Assembly (NCBI RefSeq): GCF_004010195.1
Contig: NC_057720.1
Span: 8,813,294 to 8,871,253, forward strand
From: Chiloscyllium plagiosum
Lineage: Eukaryota
Direction of reading: 5' to 3'
Length of the DNA: 57,960 nucleotides
This document shows positions 48,455 to 57,960 of this stretch, in pieces (the stretch's first letter is position 1; each line of letters starts with the position of its first letter). The position numbers and the translations under genes are program-made. A model generated the notes under the pieces. It was not told the origin of the DNA and ran no database searches. It worked only from the letters and a program-made list of their open reading frames with translations.

Positions 48455-50875
48455 TCCCATAAATGTTTGCAGTACAGAGGGAAGGCATTCACCCCATCAT
48501 GTCCAAGTGAGTCAACAAAAATCTGACTAGACCATTCCCATTTTCCAGCTCTTGGCCCTGCAATTGATGGCAACTGCAGGTAAATATCGCTTGAATAGTT
48601 TGAGAGTTTCTGACTCCATCACACTTTCAGGCAGTGAATTCCATGTTTCTTTCAACTTAAAGGTGAAAAACCGTCTCATCTTTATCCTCTTAGACTTCTA
48701 TCTCTTATCTTAAATGTATGTCTCCAGGTTACAGATCCCTCCACCCTATCTCTACCCCTCACAATCTTATACACCTCTATCAGGTTTCTCTCAACCTTTG
48801 TTGCTCCAAGGGAACAATTCTGTTCTATCCAACCTTTCCTCAAAGCTCGGACCCTACAGGCTGGGCGAAGTCTTCGTAAGTCTCCTCTACACCCTCTCTC
48901 TCGAGTGCGTAACATAAAATCCCTACAGTGTGGAAGCAGGCCATTTGGTCTATTGAGTCTATACTGACCCTCTGAATGGCATCCCATCCTCTCCCTATAA
49001 TCCTGTATTTTCCACGGTCAATCCACCTGACCTGCACATCTTTGAACTGTGGAACGAAACTGGAGCACCCGGAGAAACCCACGTAGACACAGGGAGAATG
49101 TACAAACTTCACACAGTTGACAAAGGCTGAAATCAAACCTCGGTCGCTGGTGCTGTGAGGCCGTAGTGCTAACCACTGAGCCACCGTGCCCACCATACTT
49201 CCTATAATGTGGTGATCATAACTGCATGTAGGACTTCAATTGTGAGTTAGCCAGAATTTACGCAGTTCCAGCCTAATCTTCTTATCATTGTATTCTGTGC
49301 CTTGGCTGACGAGCATCACATATGCCTTCTTACACATATTGTTGACATACTCTTAGGGAAATATGGATATGCACCCCAAGGTCTCTCGAAGCTTTAATCA
49401 ATTCCAGGGTCCTACCATTCAATGAGTAATCCCTAGCCTTGTTAGACCTCCTCAATTCTCGAGTTGTATTTCATTTGGTACTGATCTACCCATTGTCCAG
49501 TCCATTGATGTCCCCTTGCAGTTTCCAGCTATCCTCCTCACAATTTACCATCCTGTTAAATTTCAGATCATCCGTGAACTTCTTGATCATACCCACTATA
49601 TTTTAAGGCCTTCATTAATGTACATCACAAATAGTAAAGGTCCCAGTACCATGTGCTATGGAACCATACTGGAAACAGACTTCCAGTCACAGAAACATCC
49701 CTCTTCCATCACCTCCTGCTTCCCATCTCTCAGCCAATTTTGGATCCAAGATATCATTGTGCCTTGTAGCCCATGGGCTCTTACAGTCTAGACCAGTCTG
49801 TTATGAACGACTTTATCAAAATCCTTGCTAAAGTCTGTGGTGTAGAACACATCAAACTCAGTACTCTCAAGAGCGTTTTGAGTCATACAGTCACACAGCA
49901 TGGAAACAGATCCCTCGGTCCAATCAGTCCACACCAATCATATTCCCAAAGTAAACTAGTCCCACCTGCCCGCGCTTGGCTGATATCCCTCCAAACATTT
50001 CTTATACATGTGCTTATGCAAATGTCTTTTAAATCACTTCCTCTGGAAGTTCTTTCTCTGTGTAAAATAATTACCCTTCATGTCTTTTTAAAATCTTTCT
50101 CCTCTCACCTTGAAAATATCCCCCCTAGTCTTGCAATTTCCCACCTCAGGGAAAAGACACCTGCAATTCACCTTATCCAAACCTCTCATTATTTTATAAA
50201 CCTCTATAAGGTCACCCCTCAACGTCCTACTCTCCAGCGAAAAGGTCCCAGCCTATCCAGTCTCTCCTTATAACACCGAACCCTAAAGTCCCAGAAACAT
50301 CCTTTTAAATCTTTTCTACACACAGTACTCTAAAAGCAGTCTCACCAATGTCCTCAACACAACATTTCAACTCCTATACTCAAAGTTCTAAGCAATGAAG
50401 ACAAGCATGCCAAATGTCTTCTTTACCACCCTGTTTTTATGTGACACAAACTTCAAAGAACGATGTACCTGAATCTATGCTCAGCAACACTGCCCAAGGC
50501 CCTACCATTAACTATTTAAATCCTGCCCTTGTTCGTCTTACCAAAATGTAACACCTCACATTTATCCAAATTGAACTCTATCCACCACTCCTTGGCTCAT
50601 TGGCCCAATTGATCAAGATCCCTTTGTAATCTTAGATAACCTTCTTCATTTGTGCACTATATCACAAATTTTGGTCTCAGGTAAACATACTGACCATGCC
50701 TCCTAAATTCTCATCCAAATCATTTATGTAAATGACAAACAACAATGGACCTAGTGCCAACCTCTGCAGAACACCACTGATCACAGACCTCCAGTCTGAG
50801 AAACAACCTTCCACCAATACTCTCTGCCTCCCACCATCAAGCCAATTTTGTATCCAATTTGCAAGGTCTCCCTGG
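48455..50875 (-). mobile_element. Nested CR1 LINE fragments with an HE1 SINE (48915-49193, -)
   Basis: ANWIQNWLDGGRQRVLVEGCFSDWRSVISGVLQRLALGPLLFVIYINDLDEN (RT motifs) and CR1 tails. Confidence 0.85.
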
Positions 50876-51058
50876 TCAATACACCTAACCTGCACATCTT
50901 TGGACTGTGGGAGGAAACCGGAGCACCCGGAGGAAATCCACACAGACACGGGGAGAATGTGCAAACTCCACACAGTCAGTCGCCTGAGGCGGGAACTGAA
51001 CTCGGGTCTCTGGTGCTGTGAGGCAGCAGTGCTAACCACTGTGCCACCGTGCCGCCCG
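50876..51058 (-). mobile_element. Young HE1-type SINE 5' half
   Basis: GGGCGGCACGGTGGCACAGTGG head and V-domain. Confidence 0.88.
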
Positions 51059-52169
51059 CTAAGGATGCTAAACCTGCTGTTATATCTTCTCTCTCTAAGT
51101 TTCTTTTCTAATATTACAGTCCTCCATTCTGATTCTGCCTGTGTTGTCCTTTTCCATTGTGAAGATTAACACAAAATATTCACCTAGGATTGTACGCAAG
51201 GCTTCCAGGTCGATGCATGGATTACCTTGATGGTCTATAAAGCCCTACTGTTTTCCTCATTATTCTTACCTACACATTTGGAAGCAACATGAGATGAGTT
51301 TAGCTGTGGCCAGCTGTGATTTACAGTGTGATGAAAAGTAAGCAATTTATATCGATTAATAGCTTTTTTTCTCAAGAGTTTTAATTTCACAGTAGTGGCA
51401 GTTGGGTGTTGATCTGTTTTGTAAAGGGATTTAAAAATTAACTCAGTCAGTCCATGTACTCAAGTACAGAAGTACAGTAGTACAGTGAAAACTTTTATAA
51501 TGTTGTCTCTTATGGATCCATCTTAGTTTCAGATACCCAGGTACAAATCTTAGATCTAAAAGAGGAATAAAAAGAAAAGTAGCTGCATTACTTTACAGTG
51601 ATTAAAGAATAAGTTAGAAATAAGACATAGTTAAAGGATAGACATTACAGTCAAAAACACAATTCAAATAAACATTATATTGCAGTGGCTGAGCACTGGG
51701 ACTTCCACAGTTGTCTGACCACCCGCATCAGACCCCAATCCAACAATCAGCCCGACTCCACTCCAAGTTGCCAGTCCGTTCCACACTGGCTCTCAGCTGC
51801 TCCAAGGTATGTTTTCCCCAGGACTGCGTCTCCTCACTAGTCTCCACCAGCTGCTCCGGGAGTGCTTCCCATGCTGCTAAAGGATATTCTATTGTATTTC
51901 CAGAACCATGACTTAAAATTAGAATTTGTTGGAAAGCAGTGATTAGAAGATCTCCAAGAGTGTTAACGGAAGTGTATTTGTATTGTGGGGGAAGCCAGGT
52001 TACGACAGGAGAGAGTAAAATACTGCTCACAGGACAGAAACTGAGATGAAAACATTAAGTCAAACTGGTAGATTGGTGAAGGAAGGGTTTTGATTAACTA
52101 TTAACTGATGGTATGGGGAATAGACAGGGTTTTGTTTTATTGTGTATGTCATAATCTGTCCTACTTTAT

Positions 52170-52650
52170 TATGGTGGCTCAGTGGGTAGCACTGAGGCCT
52201 CACAGTGGCAGGGACCAGGCTTCAATTCCACCCTCTGGCAACTTTCCATGTGGTGTTTGCACATTTACCCTGTGTGTGCATCCTCTGGATGCTCTGGTTT
52301 TCTCCCACAGTCCAAACATGTGCAGGTTGGTTGGATTAACCATGGGAAATGCATGGATGCATGGTTACAAGGATAGGGTGGGGGGGGGGGGGGGGGGGTG
52401 GTTGGGAGGGGGGGGCTGATTGTCTGTGTGAAGTTTGCACATTCTTCCTGTGTCTGCGTGGACTTCCTCCCACAATCCAAAAATGTGCAGGCCAAGTGAA
52501 TTAGCCACGCTAAATTGCCCATAATATTTGCTGCATTAGTCAGAGGGAAATAGATCTGAGTGGGTTACTCTTCGGAGGGTTGGCGTGGACTGGTTGGGCC
52601 GAAGGGCCTGTTTCCACACTGTAGGGAATCTAATCTAATCTAATCTAATC
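52170..52650 (+). mobile_element. Two fused HE1-type SINEs separated by a poly-G tract (G19 at 52380-52398)
   Basis: Two V-domains and a (TAATC)n tail. Confidence 0.8.
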
Positions 52651-53023
52651 AAGACACATATGATGGCCAGGGAACACAATGGTCAGTTGGTATGTTGTCA
52701 GAGTTCATTTGGCCGAGCGTGCCTGCATTATTTCTATTGTCAATTCCAGTGGTAATCTCCTGCCTTTTCCCCATATCCCTGCATACTATTTCTATCCAAG
52801 TAATCATTTAATGCCCTTTTCAATGGTTCAGTTGCATTTAATTTTCTGGCAGAAAGCTCTAGACTCTAAATACTGGCTATGTGAAAAATACCACCTTTTC
52901 TTCTTTTCCGAATCACCTTAAATCGACACCTTATTATAGAGTTATAGAGTTATAGAGTTCATAATGCACAGAAACAGCCTCTTCGGCCCAACCATTCCAT
53001 GCTGATCATAATCCCAAACTAAA

Positions 53024-53286
53024 TAAAAACCAAAAGCACTGCGGATGCTGTAAATCAGAAACAAAAACAGAAATTTCTGGAAAAGCTCAGCAGGTCTGGC
53101 AGCATCTGTGCAGAGAAATCAGAGTAATGTTTGAGATCCAGTGACCGTTCCTCAGAACTGAGGGTTCCGGGGTCCAGAACAGGGGTTCTGAGGAACGGTC
53201 ACTTGACCCAAAACATAAACACTGATTTGTCTCCACAGATGCTGCCAGACTTGTTGAGCTTTTCCAGCAATTTCTGTTTTAGTTCC
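53024..53286. mobile_element. PLE family C fold-back mini-element with an HHR motif in each arm
   Basis: Arms GGAAAAGCTCAGCAGGTCTGGCAGCATCTGTG / CACAGATGCTGCCAGACTTGTTGAGCTTTTCC; TSD TAATCCCAAA(C)TAAA at 53009-53023 and 53287-53300. Confidence 0.85.
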
Positions 53287-53550
53287 TAATCCCAAATAAA
53301 CTCGGCCCACCTGTCTGCTCCTGGCCTGTATCCTTCCAAAACTTGCCTATTCATGTACCTATCCAAATATCTCTTAAAAGTTTTAACTTTTGCCATATCC
53401 AAGACTTCCTCAGGAGGTTCATTCCACATGCGAACCACCCTCTTTGTAAAAAAAAATTGTTTAAATCCCTCTCCTCTCACCTTAAAAATGTGCTCCCTAG
53501 ACTTGAAATGCCCCATCCTGAGAAAAGACACCTACCATTAACCTTACCTA

Positions 53551-53812
53551 CAGTACAATCTCAGTTATCCAAACGTCAATTATCCGATTTTCAGATTATC
53601 CGATCAAGGTCTTAAGGTCCCGTAAAAACTGCATTACGGGGCCTAGCTTTCAATTATCAGTTAAACAGCATTGCCAGATAACCGAGAAATATTCGGAGAA
53701 GTGGCACTCATAAATTACCACTTGTTTACAATCAGATCAATTATCCGACAGATCAATTATCCTGAACAAAATACTCCCTGCCCGTCTCGTTCAGATGATC
53801 AAGGTGCTACTG
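53551..53812. mobile_element. Tigger/pogo-like non-autonomous DNA transposon (MITE)
   Basis: TA|CAGTACAATCTCAGTTATCCAAACG ... CGTTCAGATGATCAAGGTGCTACTG|TA (degenerate TIRs, TA TSD), internal TTATCCGA repeats. Confidence 0.75.
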
Positions 53813-55237
53813 TATACCCCTCATGATTTTATAATCATTTCATATTTACACGCTTCTTCTTATCTACACTATCCAGCCCTCTCATAATTTTGAAAATCTC
53901 TCCCAAGTCTCTGTTTGGTCTTCTTTCCTGGAAGGATTTCTTCAATCTAACCTCATAATTAAAGTTTCTGGAGAAAGATTGACACAACAATGGATTCATT
54001 GTCACCATCACAGAGACTAACTTGAATTGCAGATTTATTAATTGAGGTTTAATTTTGCTAACCTTCCTGATGAGATTGGAATTGACACCCGCCCCCAGCT
54101 CATTTGTGCAAACCTACAGAATTATTGGCCCCCATGACATTCTTACCAGGCTATCACCTCTCCTGAATATGATTCAGTGTTCCATCTCCTCTGCTAATCC
54201 TAACGCCTTCACAATCTGGCATTGAGAAGGGGTAAATAAAAAGAACCTGTTCAGCTGAAGGCACAGAGAGAGTACGACTCATTCTCAGATTTTAAAGCTC
54301 GCAATTGAGAGATCTTTATAAATGTTTAAGCAGAGTCGATGCAAATCTGACTTCTGTTCTCTTGAAAAATCACTCTGAAGGACAAGTGTGTGACTTACAT
54401 GTCAACGTGATCTTTTAAAATGATTAGAAAATGCGACCAGTCTTTCATTATACTGGCAACTAAAACTCAGGCATTGCAGAATACCACAGAAATGACTGTA
54501 TTAAAATTGATTTTGCACATGCTGTTACAGTGTCTGAAGCTTCATATTTCCTCTATGTTAAATTATTGATTATTCAAGGTGGTTACAAAGATGATTTTAC
54601 AATTTTCCGTCAAACCTTGCCATATTGCATCTGAACTCATTAAAATGTTCACTGTTACTTGACAGTGCTTACCAAGAAACTAATTCTATTTTCTCCTCAT
54701 TCTCTCTTTATTCTCTATGATTTCTCCCGAAGATGTTATATGGTGGGTAATAGATCCAGAGGCACTGGGCACACTGTTGTGCTCACACTGGGACATCATC
54801 AGTGAATTTCTTCCAACTGTTTGACCACTGTTGGGGTAGGCAGAGGAAGGCAACTTCAGAATATGAAGTCAAGATTTGCATTTATATAGCACCGTATACA
54901 ATCACCAACTGAAAGTGCTTCCAGCCAATAAAGTACTTTTGAAGTGTCATCAGTCTGGGAATGTAAGCAACACCATGTCTTATTTGTGTTCAGCATGCTC
55001 CCACAAAGCCAACATGACAATGACAAGTTAACTCATTTTTCTAATTGAAGGATAAGTGCACTCCAGGAAAACATTGCTCCTCTTGGCTTGGTCAGAGGAT
55101 GGTTGTGGAAATATGCTTTTCTGACTGAAGGTCTGTGAGCACGAGTTTTCCACAAGAATCAATGCTGGACTTCAAAGAAAGACAGAAAATGCTGGAGAAA
55201 TTCAACCAGTCTAGCAGCATCTGCGGGAAGAAAGCAG

Positions 55238-55275
55238 AGTTAACGTTTTGAGTCCGGTGACTCTTCATCAGAACT
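55238..55275 (-). ncRNA. Hammerhead ribozyme motif (family C) with a 4-bp stem I
   Basis: AGTT-CTGATGA-A-GAGTC-ACCG-GACTC-AAAA-CG-TT-AACT (G12>A, CpG-type change). Confidence 0.7.
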
Positions 55276-56160
55276 GAATCACCAGACTCAAAACTTTCTC
55301 TGCTTTCTTCCTGCTGCTGTCCAACTTTGACAGTAATTTCTGATTTTGTTTCAGGTCTACAGCATCCACAATTCCTTTTTTTTTGCTTTATGCCAAGATA
55401 TCTATTGTTTTCCACACGTATAAATTATTTGGATGAAAATGTTAACGGTCTGATTCGTAAATTTGCGGAGGGCACAAACATTTGTGGAGTTGAAGACAGT
55501 GAGGAAGGTTGTAAACGGATACAACAGGATAGAGAACGTTGGAAAGTTGGGCAGAGAAATGGCAGATGGAGTGTAATCCCAATAAAGTGTGAGGTGATGC
55601 ATATTGGAGGGTCAAATGCAAGAGGAGAGTTTACAGGAAATGGCAGAGCTTTGACATACAGAGGGTGCAAACTCACTAAAAATAGCAACAGAAGTGAATA
55701 AGGTATAAAATAATCAATTATAAATTTGGTGAGGCGTATTGCAGGTGTATAAAAAGTTAGGCCACATTTGCAGTATTGAGTGCAGTACAGGAGGAATATG
55801 GAGGCATTGACAGAGTGCAAAACAGGTTAAGCAGAATATTTCCTGGATTGGAGTGGATTAACTTTAAGGAAAAACTTGGGTTGTTTCCACTAGGGCATCG
55901 GAGGCTGAGGGGTGTATAAAATAATGACAGGCATGGATAGGGAGGAAATGTCAAATACTATGGGGCATAAGTTTAAGGTGAAAGGGGGAAAGTTTAAAGA
56001 AAATGTACAAAGCAAGTTTTTTTTAAACACAGAGGGTGGTAGGGGTCTGGAACACACTGCCAGGGGACGTGGTAGAAGCAGATATGATAGCAAGGTTTAA
56101 GGGGCATTCATACAGACACATGAACAGGCAGAAAAAAAATAGGGATATGTACTATATGTA

Positions 56161-56294
56161 TGATTTGGAGATGCCGGTGTTGAACTGGGGTGTACAACGT
56201 TAAACATTACACAACACCAGGTTATAGTCCAACAGGTTTAATTGGAAGCACTAGCTTTCGGAGCGCTGCTCCTTCATCAAGTGATTTTTAACTT
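56161..56294 (-). mobile_element. PLE family B terminal repeat with a short fold-back
   Basis: Minus strand CAC-TTGATGA-A-GGAGC-AGC-GCTCC-GAAA-GC-TA-GTG; 13-bp TSD TGTACTATATGTA at 56148-56160 and 56295-56307. Confidence 0.87.
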
Positions 56295-56395
56295 TGTACT
56301 ATATGTAGGCAGATTAGTTTAGAATGACGTCATGTTTAGCACAGAGAAGGTAGGCCGAAGGGCCTGTGCCAATGCCGTACTGCTCTATGTTATAA

Positions 56396-57479
56396 GGAGA
56401 AAATGAGGACTGCAGATGCTGGAGATCAGAGCTGAAAAATGTGTTGCTGGAAAAGCGCAGCAGGTCAGGCAGCATCCAAGGAGCAGGAGAATCGATGTTT
56501 CGGGCATAAGCCCTTCTTCAGGAATGAGGAAGGTGTGCCAAGCAGGCTAAGATAAAAGGTAGGGAGGAGGGACTTGGGGGAGGTGCGTTGGGAATGCGAT
56601 AGGTGGGAGGTCTGGCGATGGAGGAGGCCAAGGACCTGCATGTCCTTGGCAGAGTGGGAGGGGGAGTTAAAGTGTTCAGCTACGGGGTGGTTGGGTTGGT
56701 TGGTGCGGGTGTCCCAGAGGTGTTCTCTGAAACGTTCCGCAAGTAGGCGGCCTGTCTCCCCAATATAGAGGAGGCCACATCAGGTTCAGCAAATGATGTG
56801 TGTCGAGGTGCAGGTGAATTTGTGACGGATATGGAAGGATCCCTTGGGGTCTTGGAGGGAAATGAGGGGGAAGGTGTGGCCGCAAGTTTTGCATTTCTTG
56901 CGGTTGCAGGGGAAGGTGCCGGGAGTGGAGGTTGGGTTGGTGGGGGATGTGGACCTGACAGTTGAGAGCATCGTCAACCACGTCTGAGGGGAAATTGCAG
57001 TCTTTGAAGAAGGAGGCCATCTGGGTTGTTCAGTATTGGAATTGGTCCTCCTGGGAGCAGATGTGGCGGAGGCTCTCCACCGCATCTCCTCCACTTCCTA
57101 CTCCTCCGCCCTTGAACCCCGCCCTCCAATCGCCAGCAGGACAGAACCCCACTAGTCCTCACCTACCACTCCACCAACCTCCAGACACATCGTATCACCC
57201 TTCGTCATTTCCACCACCTCCAAACAGACCCCACCACCGAGGATAGATTTCCCTCTCCTCCCGTATCAGCGTACCGGAAAGACCACTCCCTCCGCAATGC
57301 CCTTGTCAGGACCACACCCCCCACCAACCCAACCCTCGGACTCAGCACCACTTTCTTGACCTGCAATCTTCTTCCCGACGTCTCCGCCCCCACCCCCTCT
57401 CTGCAACCATTCTATAAACTTTAATCTAAATCATCTTCGTTGTTACGTTGTTCTTTTCCAGCAACACATTTTTCAGCTA
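56396..57479. mobile_element. Internally rearranged PLE family A insertion with GIY-YIG endonuclease fragment
   Basis: Minus strand CGLLYIGETGRLLAERFREHLWDTRTNQPNHPVAEHFNSPSHSAKDMQVLGL and TFPCNRKKCKTC; linker fragment on + at ~57074-57400; TSD TGCTCT(A/G)TGTTATAA at 56381-56395 and 57480-57494. Confidence 0.9.
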
Positions 57480-57579
57480 TGCTCTGTGTTATAACATCAT
57501 AAGACAAAGGAGCAGAAATTAGGCCATTCAGCCCATCAAATCTGCTCCGCCATTCAGTCATGGCTGATAACTTTCTCAA

Positions 57580-57960
57580 GCTGAAAATGTGTTGCTGGAA
57601 AAGCGCAGCAGGTCAGGCAGCATCCAGGGAACAGGAGAATCGACGTTTCGGGCATAAGCCCTTCTTCAGGAATGAGGAAAGTTTGTCCAGCAGGCAAGAT
57701 AAAACGTAGGGAGGAGGGACTTGGGGGAGGGGCGTCAGAAATGTGATAGGTGGAAAGAGGTCAAGGTGAGGGTGATAGGTCAGACTGGGGTGGGGGCGGA
57801 GAGGTCAGGAAGAAGATTGCAGGTTAGGAAGGCGGTGCTGAATTCGATGGATTAGACTGAGACAAGGTGGGGGGAGGGGAAATGAGGAAACTGGTGAAAT
57901 CCGAGTTCATCCCTTATGGTTGGAGGGTTCCTAGGCGGAAGATGAGGCACTCTTCCTCCA
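57580..57960 (-). mobile_element. PLE family A 3' end running off the window
   Basis: Minus strand EEECLIFRLGTLQP*GMNSDF (GIY-YIG C-terminus), pyrimidine-rich UTR, terminal repeat. Confidence 0.9.
57642..57669 (-). ncRNA. Minimal hammerhead ribozyme motif (family A), intact core
   Basis: CTGAAGA-A-GGGC-TTAT-GCCC-GAAA-CG-TC. Confidence 0.8.

Larger units (their letters stand above)
52935..53835 (-). mobile_element. CR1 3' end hosting a PLE-C fold-back and a Tigger-like MITE
   Basis: FLRMGHFKSREHIFKVRGEGFK..FFTKRVVRMWNEPP. Confidence 0.8.
55085..56395 (+). mobile_element. Decayed CR1 LINE (RT to 3' end) hosting PLE-C (~55172-55385) and PLE-B (56161-56294)
   Basis: INYLDENVNGLIRKFAEGTNICG..KCEVMHIG; tail GGCCGAAGGGCCTGTGCC. 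Confidence 0.8.

Noticed and set aside
311..57669. Dispersed near-identical repeats with hairpins as a CRISPR array or DNA-transposon MITEs
   Set aside because: No regular repeat-spacer periodicity and a eukaryotic context; the repeats are contiguous with GIY-YIG and PLE linker coding sequence, arms are unequal and TSDs are 12-17 bp

Overview
Repeat-dense, apparently non-genic (intronic or intergenic) vertebrate DNA, almost certainly from a shark or ray. It is tiled by HE1-type tRNA/V-domain SINEs, their CR1-clade (HER1-type) LINE partners, a second SINE/LINE pair, Deu-type SINE remnants, Rex1-like fragments, a solo LTR and a Tigger-like MITE. I cannot confidently identify any host protein-coding gene; almost all listed ORFs are retroelement fragments or antisense noise. 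The main signal is at least five Penelope-like element (PLE) families (my labels A-E). Their terminal repeats carry minimal hammerhead ribozyme (HHR) motifs (CTGANGA-stem II-GAAA-palindromic stem III; roughly 25-30 recognisable copies, several intact, with compensatory stem II changes). Many insertions are tiny (80-360 bp), non-coding, often fold-back copies flanked by 12-17 bp target-site duplications (TSDs). Their fold-back junctions and 5' ends cluster on the ribozyme, and one has captured an exact inverted 159-bp copy of genomic DNA from about 1.2 kb away. Boundaries of old repeats are approximate; TSD and HHR coordinates were read base by base.
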